Below are positions 1-13,240 of a stretch of DNA of 64,000 nucleotides, piece after piece; the stretch's first letter is position 1; each line of letters starts with the position of its first letter. Below the pieces are notes generated by a model, which saw only the letters and a program-made list of their open reading frames with translations, was not told the DNA's origin and did no database searches. A program made the position numbers and the translations under genes. Source of the stretch: the human T2T-CHM13v2.0 reference genome, Homo sapiens. The stretch covers positions 28,000,001-28,064,000 of the forward strand of contig CP068257.2 in NCBI GenBank assembly GCA_009914755.4. Reading direction: 5' to 3'.

Positions 1-3000
1 ACTCCATAGTGACCTACTAAGTAAAAATCCAAACAAATATTAAGCACAGGTAGGTGCCTAAATGAATAATTTTATTTTTTACTCTTTGATTTTTAAAAGC
101 TTGAATTCAAATATTAGGTTTATATATTCAAATGTATAATCTCCATTTCATCAAAATAGAACCATAAATTACATTTTTCATAGCAAAGCAGTGGCAGAAA
201 ACTGCCCATATTTCATATACCTCTCAGTGACATCCCATAAGCACTGATATTTAGAAATAATTTTTCATTCTTATGCAGTAAATTTATTTTGGAGCAGATC
301 AATTAGGAACTATTTATATAGTTTAAAATTGAGTATTAGTTTAGCAAAATGTGTTAAGAATTTGCTAGAATTTAACTTTCTGGCTTCAGTTCAATAAGCA
401 TCTTTTAAAATGCCTGCCGTGTACAGGCACGGTGCTCTGAGGACACAAAGATAAATTGACTTTCTGTCCCACAGAAAGATCTTACGGTGCTGAGTGAAGC
501 ATGTTAAGTGCTAACATAAAGATATATCAGAGCTACGGAGTTGAAAGCAGGATACACCCTCCAGCAGAGGTTCAGGAAAGGCTTTCTAGAGAAAAGAAAT
601 TCTAAGAGTTGGTCTAAGTGAAAAATGGGAGGTAGGGCTTTGCAGGCAGGCTGAAAGGTATATGACAAAAAGGGTGTTATTAGGCAGGTTTAGTCAGGAA
701 AACAAAAAGCCATCTGTCTCCACTCTGTATGGAACTGGATGGTGGACACAGGAAGCTATGAGCAAGTTTGTGTTCGTAAAGGGTAGAATACCTACTGCAC
801 ATTTATGTATATCACTTTGCTTATATGTGGACAATAGTTACAAAAGGGCTGAGATTAAAGATACAGAGCCTAGTTGGAGGCTATTTTAACAGTCCAGGTG
901 AAAAATGATGAGGGCAGTGGGCAAAGAAGGTTGAGAAAAAATATCTCTGACAGACAGTTGACAGGACTTAATCAGATGAGTGTACTGAGGGGATGAGGTC
1001 TTAGATAACCTGTAGAGCTATGGTTTGAGTGGCAGGCTCCATCGTACTGTAATGCTTTCACTCAGGTACTAGTAAAATGGGTATCAGGACACCAGAGTGG
1101 GAGACAGACACCCTCAGTGTTCCCAATACATAAGTATAAAGGAAGTGTTCTCCAGAGATGGTTCTAGATCTTGTGGGCCCAACTACGAAATCAAGCATAC
1201 ATAAAAGAGGTCACGAGAGTGGTAGAGGTGATTGCTGAAGAGACTTCTCTGGGGACAGCTGTTGTCTCTCTGTGTGTCCACACTGCCCAGTCTTGTCTTT
1301 GGGATGCCACTTTCTAACACCACTCCTGGTGAATAGAGCTTCCAGGGGGTCACTCAAGAGAAGTCTGAAATAGGTTCACTGCAGCTGAAGACGCAGAAGA
1401 CCAGTGACTGATATAAATGTGAGAAAGGCAAAGTGGACTACAGACTGTGATGTGACTCCCGAGTGACAAAAGAGTGCTAACCAGAGTTGACCAATTGGTT
1501 TTTTGGCTGACAGGGAGAAGTTGGTTGCATTGGGATTAGAGACAACCCCAGAATTTCCAGGAAAGGAATAAGTGAGTGTTTCCTGTGCACCAGATTTAAA
1601 TCCAGCATACTTTGTGGGAATGTCCTGGGTTATAGTCAATGGGACTGTCTAAAGGGGTCAGGAGGCTTCAGCAGAGAGAGCATGAGGTGTACTGCTGGAT
1701 GTCAAGAGGCTGAGGAAACAGTGCAAGCTTCCACTGAAATAGGAATCCATCACCCAATGAGTAAAAGAAACTTCAGAAGAGACGGTCAAACAGGAACTCA
1801 TAGAGTCAAAAGGAAATGCTTCAAGAAAAAGAATTAGCTTCAGAAATCTCCCAGGCCTACCAGGGACACCATCTTAAACTGTCTGCTAAGCCCAGAAAGC
1901 ACAGAGCAGCCCAGCCCAGCGAGATCTGTCCTGTTTATTTTTGAGCCTAGTAGAAGGCACAACAGCCACAGGAGTTGGGAGGAAGTAAACAGGGAAAGGA
2001 GAAAGAGGAGAAGGCATTCATCCCCCCTCCGTCATGTCACTAGTCTTCCAGAAGGATCAGTCTCAGAGAGGGGAGGTATTTGATGTTAAATCAACTTGGA
2101 CTTTTGATTAATATCTTAGACTGGATATTCTAATCATGAAGTTGAGGCTGTGCTTTAACATAAGGAAGCTCTAGGACTGTCATTACCTTAAGTCAACAAA
2201 AAAGTCATGAGATTTGCCCAGATCATTCTACTGAATAATTTTAAGTAGGAGGGGAGATTAAAAATAGAATTGGCTTTGCTGTTTCAGTAGTTGTGTTTGT
2301 TTGATATACCAGTTGCATTGTCGTTATCTGACAGTGGAGCTATTTTAACAATAATAGATTTAACAGGCAAAAAAATAATATATCCTGATGGAGAATTTGT
2401 TGATATGGAGGTAGCAGCAGAATCACCAAGTGGAAATTTCCAGAAGGGAGGTGACTGGATGAATTTAAACTTAGGGGAAAAGTTAGGGTTGTACTCAAAT
2501 AAACACTTGCATATTTCTCTTGAATAAATCTGTTTCCCTTTCAGCTCTTTATGAATGGTGATCACTTCTAAACCAAGACATCTGCAATTCTGTCCACATT
2601 AATCTTTGTTGGTTTACCTGCTTCAATCATACCTATACATAGCTACCAAGATAAACTATCTGAAACTTCGTTTTGTCTCTGCCTCAAAAACAGTGGCTTT
2701 TTTTTTATATCAATTATCAGTCAAATTTGAATTTTAGCAGACAACTTCCAATTGTCTTTCCACATTTACTTAAACATATTTTTCACTGCTTCCACATAGG
2801 ATCACTCCATCTGGGCCCAACAGGATTCCTTATGCTTCATTTATACATTTGCCATTCATTATACTGGAATGCCCTTTCAACCAAATTCTACTCTAAAACT
2901 CAATTCAGGCACCTTGAATGTGGGTTTTAGGGAAGCCAGGGTGTCTTTAAGGCCACTGAGATTATAGACAAATGTGTTTGCATTTTGGGGGACAATGGAT

Positions 3001-3857
3001 TTATGTTTAAATCAGTTTTAATAGAAGCACTGTGACCCAGAAAATAACTAAGGACAACTGATGTAACGTAAGATCTCTGATTCCCGGTTCTGTACTCTGT
3101 TCACTGTTCTTCCCAGCACCCCTGATTAGAAACCTTCTTCTTTCCAGATGCTTCAGTGCTTGCTGCTACCACAGCTGCTCCACTGATTGTCCTATATCCA
3201 GCTGGAACCTAATCTGGACACAGCGTAATTCTTGGCTTCCTCGGCCCCTACATTCAGCTACCATTTCCCAGACTGACCTGAGAAGCAGCTTGCTATGGTA
3301 TTCTGGTAGCTCATGCTGTAGTTCAAATGTTTGTTTACCCCTAAAATTCATGTGCTGAAATTCTAACCCTCAAGACAATGGTAATAGGAGGTGGGGGCTT
3401 TGGGAGGTGAATGGATGGCACTAGTGCCCTTATAAAAGAGGCCCTTGAGAGATTCCTTGCCCCTTTCACCATGTGAGGACAAAGTGCAAGACAGCTGTCT
3501 ATGAACTAGGAAGCCAGCCTTCACCAGACAACGGATTCTGCTAGCACCTTGATAGTGGACTTCCCAGCCTGCAGAACTATGACTAGTAAGTTTCTGCTGT
3601 TATTTGACACCTGGTTTATGGTATTTTGTCACAGCAGCCCAAACGAACCAAGAAACTCAGCCTTGGTTGAGGTGAATTTTTGCCTAATGTCTTTTCACCT
3701 TTCTTGAACAATCATGTGTGTGGTCTATGATTGAAAGTCCTCATTTCCTGGCTTCGTTGCAGTTGGCCTACTGCATGCTGCATGCCTGTCTCCATGGAAC
3801 TTTCGGTTTTCCACCACTAGGTACTGTCTTCCATTTTGCAAACAACTGCTACTTTAT

Positions 3858-3905
3858 CCTAGACTCCAATAATAATAATGATGACTCCAATAATAATAAT
3901 GATGA
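3858..3905. repeat. Two tandem copies of a 24-bp unit
   Basis: ctccaataataataatgatgact / ccaataataataatgatgacac. This is responsible for the NNNNDD repeat in ORF 3718..4014. Confidence 0.8.
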
Positions 3906-4029
3906 CACCAATAACAGTAATAAGAAACATGCAGTGCTTATAATATGTTTGGCAATATACTTAATGTTTCCTAGGTGTTGCCTTATTTTTCCTGACCACT
4001 ACCTTACATGGTAGACATTTTTTTTTTAA

Positions 4030-4338
4030 ATAAAGGAAAGAGGTTTAATTGACTCACTCACAGTTCTGCATGGCTGGGGAGGCCTCAGGAAACTTACAAT
4101 CATGGCGGAAGGGGAAGTAGGTATGTCTTACATGGCAGCAGGAGAGAGAGGAGAAAGCGAAAGGGGAAGAGCCCCTTCTAAAACCGTCAGATCTCTTGAG
4201 AACTCAGTCACTATCACAAGAACAGCATGGGGGAAACGCCCCCATGATCCAATCACCTCCCTCCTTCAACACTTGGAGATTATGGGTACCCCACTCCACA
4301 CGTGAGGATATGAATTCGAGATGAGATTTGAGTGGGGA
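4030..4338 (-). mobile_element. Third THE1/MST-type (MaLR) LTR copy, reverse orientation (same strand as GRIK1), 3'-truncated
   Basis: The reverse complement reads TGATATGGTTTGGCTTTGTGTCCCCACTCAAATCTCATCTCGAATTCATATCCTCACGTGTGGAGTGGGGTACCCATAATCTCCAAGTGTTGAAGGAGGGAGGTGATTGGATCATGGGGGCG...CCGCCATGATTGTAAGTTTCCTGAGGCCTCCCCAGCCATGCAGAACTGTGAGTGAGTCAATTAAACCTCTTTCCTTTATT. Confidence 0.55.
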
Positions 4339-6789
4339 CACAAAGCCAAACCATATCAGTTGTACAAAGAGGTGGCAAAATAACAATTACCCGTAAAGTG
4401 CAATACAGAAACAAAAGGCTACTTTGTGATGTTAGAATATTAAAAACATAATCCTCACATAAATATGTCAAAGAAACATAAATATTTATGCATGAGAAAA
4501 CAAGCAGGTAAAACTAGTTCAAAGGAGGATACAGTGGACTGAATTATACATGTACATTTTTTCTGTAAGTTCATTTCAAGAAAAGGTGTTAATCTAACTG
4601 CAATCTTACTCCAATAGACTTCCTTTTCTTGAAAATGGAAAACTGTTTTTCATTTTTTAACAGAACCTTTCATTTGATGGTAGCTATCCTTCATTAAACA
4701 ATCACTACATGACAAATATTTTGCTAGGCTATACATATAAAATATGTAATCCCTACAAACTTATGGTGTGGGCATTTTATTACCCATGTTATAGAAGGAG
4801 GAACTGAGAAACAAGCTAAATGACTTGACTAAGTTCACACTGACAGCAAAGTGTGATGAAATCTCAGAATCTGTGTTCCCAGCACCAGAGTTAAATAGGT
4901 TGGTCTTTCCCTAAATCCCTGCCTCACTCTCCTATCGAAACCTATGGCCCTGGTGGACAGGTCTAGTCCAGCTCCTGACTCTGTCTTATTGAATTGTTTC
5001 TGGATATGATTTTTATGAACACAGTGTGTCCTGAAGCACTGCACATGCTTATAGATTGTGTGTGTTCTTCGGTTCCTTTGCTAATTCATTCATTAATTCA
5101 TTCATCAATTCATTCACTTGTTTGGCATGTATTTATTGGGTGCTTATTCTATGTCCAGCATTGTGCAAGAACTAGGGAATTGAGACTGAAAACGCATAGC
5201 TTGGAGATAGACGTGGAAACAAACACAATAGCATACCCACAGTTGTAATGGAGGTACAAAGCCTACATCTGTGAGTCAGGGTCCTGCAGATAGGAGCTAG
5301 TGCTTGAGTTGAGACGTAAAGCATGACCCAGAGGAGCACGGCATTGCAATCAGAGTTAAAATAATTTGGTAGGAGCATATTGCATATTCAAGGGAGCCAC
5401 AGTAGGTTCAGCAGGTGCTGCAGATGGAGCAGGAGATGAGAGAGCTGGCAAAGGGATCAGGAACAAGATCATGAGCCTGTATATCCTGCTGAAGAGTGTA
5501 TGTTTTATCCTGAGGTATAAGAAAAAGCTTTAATGAAGCGTGTCAATCCTCTGCCATGTAGAATTTACATTACTAGGTGGCAGAAGCCACCTCTTCTACT
5601 TTTCAAGGGTGTTATCCCTTAAGATGCCAAGTTAATATTACTTATGTAGTGGAGTTCCAGTAATGCTTGTTGAGTGGGAATGTATAATCTCCTAGCATGC
5701 ATTTGTTTAGCAAATGCTCGGAGAGCTAACATAGTAACATACTCTATCATGTTTCATATGTTCTTTAACTCTTCCCCTTTATCTAGTCAGCCCCATACAC
5801 TGAAAGGCAGTGAGCTGGAAACATGTGTCTGAAAAGCTTACTGATTCCCAACAGTGTGTGGAGTTATCAGAAATTACCGCACATGCAACAACCTCTGCTC
5901 AGGAAGTTTACCTCCTGTGATGAATTTGGTCTTCACCCCATAAATTCAATCTGCTGACTTGCTTCTTTTCATTTTTTTTTTTCTGACTCTAGTTTTGGAA
6001 CTTCTTTACAAAGTGAGAATAACTTAAAAAAAAAAAAGAAGCAGCGGGGGAAATTTGGGGACCAAGTTCCTTATTTCATGTTTCCTAATGAAACCTGATA
6101 CTTGCAAAATTTTGTTCAGTTATGCACTCATCTGAAAAAACACGTGCACTTTCTCTTTTGCATGTTTTAGGTTGTCTCAGAATTTCCTCAGTGCCAGTCC
6201 TCCAGCAGGCTGAGGCATTGCTTCTGGTTACCCCATTCCATCTTCTCTGTAGGTACCTACACCCTGCCAAAGGTAGCATATGACATCCTGACTCAGGAGA
6301 CAAAAGAGGATGAGCACAATGTTGACAATGGTTTCTGATTCATTCCCCCCTCCCTTCCTGTAACCCCTAACTGTGGAGATTAAAAATGAGAGATTTGCTT
6401 CTTTGGAGTGAATGAATATAAAATGCCTTCTTATTTTCAGTGTGGTCCCTCATCTTGGAGCTCATTATTTCTTTAAATATGCCTAAATGTGGCTTGGTAA
6501 TTTCACCTTCTTATGCGACTTAAGTACAAGTGATAAGGTGTCTTGGGGGCTCTTGAGTGTTTGATCCCAAGCTTTCATGTCACTTCTGCCTCTCCTTGAA
6601 CTTCTAGGAGATAAAAGAAAACCAGCTGTTTTCTTGTTAAAGATCAAGGTAATCAGGATGGCGATTCAGGACACAACCATGATCACTGCAGGGAAAAGGA
6701 GGTGGTGTGATGTTTTTCTATTAGGCACAGTGTGTCAGAGTTATGTAGCTGTCAGAAAAGGTATTTTGTTTCATGCCTATTTGTGATGT

Positions 6790-6812
6790 CTTTGTTGTTG
6801 TTGTTGTTGTTG
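6790..6812. repeat. (TTG)7 trinucleotide repeat
   Basis: gttgttgttgttgttgttgttg. Confidence 0.85.
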
Positions 6813-6959
6813 CCAGTTTGAAATTCCTGGTATCATCTTCAGTAAACTGAATGAGGCTATTCTTAGTGGTGCCTTCCAATGGCAAGAGAATAGTATTTCA
6901 GATGCTTACTAGGTTTCTGAACTATTCTTCACAAGCATTTGCCTAATTCTTTATCCTTA

Positions 6960-7040
6960 CAGTCATGCTGTGGGGTAGATGATACTATACCCATCTTATA
7001 GATAAGAAAACTGAGAGACAAGAAGTGTAAGTAACTTGCT
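6960..7040 (-). mobile_element. MIR SINE fragment, immediately 5' of the THE1-type LTR
   Basis: CCATCTTATAGATAAGAAAACTGAGAGACAAGAAGTGTAAGTAACTTGCTGAT. Confidence 0.35.
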
Positions 7041-7041
7041 G

Positions 7042-7383
7042 ATATGGTTTTGGTGTGTCCCCACCCAAATCTCATCTCGAATTGTAGCTCCCACAATTCC
7101 CATGTGTTGTGGGAGGGACCCAGTAGCAGGTAATTGAATCATGGAGGCAAGTCTTCCCATGCTGTTCTCGTGATAGCGAATAAGTCTCATGAAATCTGAT
7201 GGTTTTATAAATGGGATTTTCCCTGCACAAGTTTTCTCTTGCCTGCCACCATGTAGACATGCCTTTCACTTTCCGCCATGATTGTGAGGCCTCCTCAGCC
7301 ACGTGGAACTGTGAGTCCATTAAACCTCTTTTTCTTTATAAATTACCCAGTCTCAGGTATGTCTTTATCAGCAGCATGAAAAT
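7042..7383 (+). mobile_element. Solo LTR of the THE1/MST (MaLR, ERVL-MaLR) type, ~340 bp
   Basis: GATATGGTTTTGGTGTGTCCCCACCCAAATCTCATCTCGAATTGTAGCTCCCACAATTCCCATGTGTTGTGGGAGGGACCCAGTAGCAGGTAATTGAATCATGGAGGCAAG...CCGCCATGATTGTGAGGCCTCCTCAGCCACGTGGAACTGTGAGTCCATTAAACCTCTTTTTCTTTATAAATTACCCAGTCTCAGGTATGTCTTTATCAGCAGCATGAAAATGGACCAATAG. This matches the THE1 LTR consensus as I recall it (TGATATGGTTTGGCTGTGTCCCCACCCAAATCTCATCTTGAATTG...). The family name is from memory and was not computed. Confidence 0.6.
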
Positions 7384-8685
7384 GGACCAATAGACTTGCC
7401 CAGGTTATATTGCTCATCAGTGTTAGTGGAACTAAGATTTAAACCCATGCAGTCACTGCCAGGACTAGGATAAAGTAAGAGAGGTGCTCAGGGTACAAAA
7501 TTTAAGCGAGAATTTCCTCTTAATCTTGTGCAAGTATAGAATACTCACCCAAGAATGAATGTTTCCTTAAATTGCACCCTCATCCTGGGCTTGCAAGCAA
7601 CCTAGATTTGTAGCCTAGGTACTTAATCCTTATACATCCCGCCTGCTTTATCCTCACCCTCATGGATCAGAGTCAGCCTTTAGTTGCATTGAACAGACTG
7701 AGAGAGGGTGTGCAGGCATGGAAGAGACCAGCAGAGACACGAGTCCAAAGCAGGTGTCTTTCCTTACTCTTAGCTGGGTATTCTCCTGTGCCCTCCCTCT
7801 TCTTTACACTATATTTCCATCCTTCTCCAGTACAGAAAGGAAAAAAATACTCTTCACTTGAGAAGTAAATGTCTGTATCCCATAGAGAAATATTAGAATA
7901 GCGTCTCAGAGCATTGCGCATACTCAGGCCTAGCTACTCCAAAGAGCCTTATTTCTTATCATCAAGTCCAGACACACCCTGAGGTTCGTGGTGGAATGGA
8001 TGATCATGCAGTGTACATATCGATAAGGAGTCCCGGGGCTTAGAACAGGGCCTTGTGACAAGGAGTCAAACTGCCTCAGAGAAAAGAAAAGGTGGAGGAC
8101 AGTCCAGGATCCCAGGACATCAGTGAAGATATCTATCCCTGCAAATACCCCATACTCTCAAAAATCTTTTATGTGCTCAGTAGGTTTTGAATGGGAATAA
8201 ACTTTTCCAGTTAGCTGATAAATGACAAAATAGTCACTATATAATTAAAGAGGTCCTTCCACTCAGTCCTGTACAGCCTGAGCTTTAGGAGGCCACTGGG
8301 ATTGTGGACTGATAATGCTGGAACTATCTCTGGTACCCTTCAGTAATGGATCAACTCTCCCCTTGACTCAGTGGGCCATGGAAGAAACACCCATATGCCC
8401 TTATGGACATGTGTGGAGAGCCAGCAGGAGCTATGGCCATGGCTGGCATGAAGGAGAGTAAGTGTTGGTATCTGGTAGCGTCACTGAACTTCTCAGCATC
8501 ACAATGGAAAATTCCTGCTAGTCCTTCTGGACAAACTTTTGACACTGAAATCTGAGCAGACTGGTTGATGATGGCTTCCTCTCTCTTAGGGGCATCATGC
8601 CAGCAGAACCCTGTGGGGAGGACCATACCAAATGGGCAAGCCCAACAGTGCTCAGAAGGGCCCCTGGGCTGTGAGGGAGCATCAC

Positions 8686-8833
8686 TTGCCTCTTTGATCA
8701 GGTTCATAAATCTGGGTCCGAGGCGCCATGGCTTATGTCTATGGCACTGCAGGGAGCTGACGGTCAGCTGGGATGCCCGGTGCGAGGCAATGGCCACCAT
8801 GTACACAGCATCGTACATCAGAGCCGCTTCAGT
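8686..8833 (-). CDS. GRIK1: GRIK1 coding exon 7, 148 bp; phase-0 start, phase-1 end. Encodes [49 protein letters not shown](R)
   Basis: The peptide is embedded in ORF 8351..8947(-), which continues into the intron. Acceptor is gtgttttcctccacag|ACTGAAGCG. Donor is AAAGAGGCAA|gtgatgctcc, where GT is present but +5 is T, so it is sub-consensus. The exon-end position is the only one that respects GT and the downstream Arg codon. Confidence 0.8.
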
Positions 8834-9764
8834 CTGTGGAGGAAAACACACACCGCATCTTAAATTCCACTTTTGCTTACCTTCCTTTACTTGCATAATC
8901 ACTCTCCCTGCTTCCATAGCTCTTATCTGTCTGATCTCAAAGGCCATTTACTCTTCAGCTAGGTAGTTTTCACTCTCCAATAGCTATTTTTCTCCAAAAT
9001 AATACCTCACACTTTGGAGTAAATTGAAGTTATAACTCTGCTTCGTTTCAAGTTCTTTAAAAAAAAATAAAGCAACCCAGATCAGCCACAAAAGACTTGA
9101 TTCAAGGAACAAATATTTTGCGAAGTGTCCTCCATGTTAAGCATGGTGTTAAGATCAACTACCTTGAGCTAGAAGCTACTAAAGCTCAAAGTTGCAATAT
9201 CAGATTTGTTTCTCAGCATTTGTCTATATCTATTTATCTATCTACTTACTGGTTTATATTTGGTAGAAAGAAACTGCTACAATCACTAACAGGTGATTTC
9301 CAGATAAGGATACTGGTGTTGGTCACTTTCATTTAGCAGAGTTAAGAAGTTCATAGTCATGGAATGAAACTCAACGGCAAGTTTTGGGAGACCCTCTGAA
9401 GGGCAGACAAGTGCAGCTTGCTCAGAACATGCCTCCTCTTGCCAGCATGTGCTTTCTTGAGAGAGATTGAAACAAGTCGGTCATTCCTTTTAGGGGGTTG
9501 GGCATCTCGTTCTTCCCTTCCTCATGAAATTCCTCTCACTTGCACAATTTTACATAATACAGCATTTTATAAAATATGCTTCCCTGTGGTTTCCTTTAGG
9601 GATAAAATCTTATAATACCCTTGCATTTCACTTGAGGGTTTCATTGCAACTTCAAATACATTAGCTCATTTGAAATTCTCAACAAGTCTTCAAAATAAGC
9701 AGAAGAGATAAAGCTATTTATTATGTGAGAAAACTCACTTCGAGGTAGGATATTTGTGGAGGGG

Positions 9765-9826
9765 CACACACACGCACACACACACACACACATGCACAGC
9801 CACACACACACCACATACACAATCAT
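9765..9826. repeat. Imperfect (CA)n dinucleotide repeat
   Basis: cacacacgcacacacacacacacatgcacagccacacacacaccacatacaca. Confidence 0.85.
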
Positions 9827-10459
9827 AGTGAGAAATCCCAGAGATGTCACTACTTCTGCTTATTATTTCTGGAGAGTAATAGGGATTATATACATAGCTA
9901 ATCATTTTCAGAGTTAAACCTAGAATCTAGGTCATAGAATGAAAATTATCATATGGTTTTCCAAAATTGGTTGATTCATTCAACATATACTATGCATTGA
10001 TTGCTCATGTCTTGGTGGAGGTAGAAAGTGAGGACAGGGGTTACTATATCTCACAATTTTATCAGTCTTTGAGGTCACGGAATACCTCTACTTTGAATCA
10101 TTATTATTCTGTTCAATCTTTATCATTGTATTTTCCATCTATTCATGGTCATGGATCTTTATGTCTGTATCTTGTTAAGAATATTGGTTTTTTGAAGGCA
10201 GAAACTGCTCAAATTTAAGTTAGCTTTGGTGACTAACATGGTTCCTGACACAGAAAAGTTGTTTAAACATGTTCACTGACGAAGTTAATACTACTCAATT
10301 CCTTAAAATGACATTTATTTTTGTGAGAATTGTAGAATTGCAAGGTTTTAAGATATAGTTTTAAGAAAAAGCATTTCATTCATGCTTATGTAATTGACAT
10401 ACTGACGTTGGATTGGTGGTGGCAGTAATTTATAATGCTTAAAAATGTTTTGATCATTT

Positions 10460-10620
10460 CAGTTCAGGACTTACACTATCCACTTTGTAGATGAGAAAAC
10501 TAAGGCTTACGGAAATTGACCGGTATAAGGCTACTCTGTAATCAATTTCATTGCCAGGGTTTGAGCCTGCACCTGCCTGATTCTAGCACCCATGATCTTT
10601 ACCACTTTGCTGTACTAATT
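10460..10620 (-). mobile_element. MIR (mammalian-wide interspersed repeat) SINE fragment
   Basis: TTGTAGATGAGAAAACTAAGGCTTACGGAAATTGACCGGTATAAGGCTACTCTGTAATCAATTTCATTGCCAGGGTTTGAGCCTGCACCTGCCTGATTCTAGCACC. This is the reverse complement of the MIR core ...CTGTGTGACCTTGGGCAAGTTACTTAACCTCTCTGTGCCTCAGTTTCCTCATCTGTAAAATGG. Confidence 0.4.
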
Positions 10621-12645
10621 CTGTTTAATTGGAGGAAAGTAAGCTACTGGCAGATTGAGACTTTTGGAAATGCAGTCAACAGCAATAGCTGACATTTATT
10701 GAGCACTTATGATATGTCGCATGCTGTTCTAAATCCCTTGCAAACATTAAATTTTCACTATAACCTTTATTCTTTTACAGATAAAGAAAAAAGATGTTAA
10801 ATGGGATCCCCAAACTCATGGGGGGACAGGCAATATTCAAACCCACAAAGTTGGTGCTAGAGTATATGCCGTTAACCATAAAGTTGTGCTGCTTCTACAC
10901 CAAGTTATTGGTCTGATGATTTAATAGTCACAATAATAGTTCAATAAAGGTTAATATTCACTGATAATTTACTATGTGCCAGGCACTATAAGCATTTTAC
11001 ATATGTCATCTTTTTTAATTACTGAAATTAAACTTTTGAAATAGGTATACAGACAGGGAAATTGAGGCTTGTAGAGAGGTAGAATAACTTGCCTAAAATT
11101 TTGTAGACATTAAGGGAAAGAGTGAGAATTCTAATTCGTGATGCAAACTCAGATTTCACCTCATGACCATAGCCACATGCTACAGTGACTTGGACTGTTT
11201 CTTATCAATAGGATATACTTTTTTGAAAATTCGTATGTGTTTTCATTAATTCGCTGAATGACCAATTTGATAGAGAAGTATAAGGACTGGAATTCTAATA
11301 ATCTGACTTTTCCATAAACTTAGTTTAGAAAGGATGGGCATTCTTTCTCAAGGCGGGCTCCATATTGGGAAAGGCAATAAAATGATTCAAAATTATAGGT
11401 CTAATTTGTGCCCTTCAACCCAAAGAAGAAAACTATTTGTTCGAAAAAATATGCTACCCCTTGAAATACAATGTTTTCTTAGATGGAGAAAATGTTTACA
11501 TTAACTATATTATAGCACTAATAAACTACCACTGATTTTCCTCCCCCTTTCAGTTTTGTGCTCGAGGCCTGCTTACTGAATGACTGTCATCATTTTAGGT
11601 AATAGGTAATGTAATAGAAACTGGCCTGTGTTCAAATTTTCTTCTTCCAAATGTGTTTCTGTTCACATTTTATGTATATCTAAAGCCTGGATGAAATCAC
11701 ATTGCTCAATGACCCTAAGAAAATCTTTTTACCACAATCTGAACCATGAAATAAGCACATTGAAAGCATACTTCTCCTCAGTACACAATGCTTTGGTTAT
11801 TACAATTTGCAGTAAAGTATTAACTCACTAGGCTTAGGGTACTCAGACCTTGCACATTCCAAAGAGAAGATTGGCCCCTTGACTGGCTCTTGAGAGATAA
11901 CTTTTAACTCCTTGGAATATCCCAATAAGAGTGTCATTGTATTCTTTGGGTCCTGGGCAATGTCAGATAGTTTATGCTAAAAACATGATTTATGATGAAT
12001 GCCTATTTTTGCTGGCCTAGGTCTCTGGGCCATGCTGTATCAATTTGATCTCCCAAAAGGCTGGATACTAAGTAACTAAGGCCAGCTGTATGGGAGCTCC
12101 ATGCCTATGTGACCCATCATCCCAATAAAAAACCTGGACCCCAAGGCTTGGGTGAGCTTCCCTGGTTGGCAATACTTTCTAGTTGTCATAGATCATTGCT
12201 GAGGATTAAGTGCTGTTCATGCAACTCTATTGGGAGAGGATACTTGGAAGTTCATGCTTTTTCTGTGTGGACTCTCTGTCACTTTTTCCTTCGCTGATTT
12301 TACTCTATCGTCTGTTGCTATAAATCTGTCATTGTGAGTATAACAGCTTTTCTGAGTTCTGTGAGTCCTGCTAGCAAGTCATCAAATCTGAAGATGGTCT
12401 TGAGGACTCTGAACATAAGCCAGTCAGATGCCACCTCATCTTAGAGACAAGGACTGACGACACTATATGGCCTTAGAAAGTCCCCATACTTAGCTGCCTG
12501 GATGGTGTATAATTGTTGTTGGAAAAAGCTGGAGGAGATTGGGGTGCTGAAGAGAGACCTAATATTCAGAGATCAAATGGGTTGATCACACAGGGTCATA
12601 TAGGTCCCAGATAAGATTCCATCTTGGGCTATATGTGCAAGCTAA

Positions 12646-13008
<363 letters not shown>

Positions 13009-13119
13009 TCTTGTTCTTTTATTGACTACAAATGGGCAAAACATCAGGTATCATCAAGTAAATTCAATTCTATGTACTAGAGGTTTTGCATATGTGATCT
13101 AATTTAATCTGTAGAGTAA

Positions 13120-13240
13120 CACTGTAAGGTGTTATTGTACAGATTTATGGATGAGCAGACAAACTAAGAGAGGTTAAATGACTTGTTCAGGTCACTTAGT
13201 TAGGAGACATAACCAGGACTTAACCCTAGGCTTTCATTAT
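13120..13240 (-). mobile_element. MIR SINE fragment
   Basis: TTATGGATGAGCAGACAAACTAAGAGAGGTTAAATGACTTGTTCAGGTCACTTAGTTAGGAGACATAACCAGGACTTAACCCTAGG. Confidence 0.35.

Noticed and set aside
1376-1639. 87-aa minus-strand ORF, briefly considered as a candidate for a downstream GRIK1 exon
   Set aside because: Its peptide does not match the GluK1 sequence following exon 7 ([16 protein letters not shown]...). There is no convincing splice-site pair.
8351-8947. 198-aa minus-strand ORF, the longest in the track
   Set aside because: Only its central 49 codons ([10 protein letters not shown]...NLIKEA) are GRIK1 exon 7. The rest is intron read-through on either side of clear AG and GT boundaries. It is not a longer exon or a separate gene.
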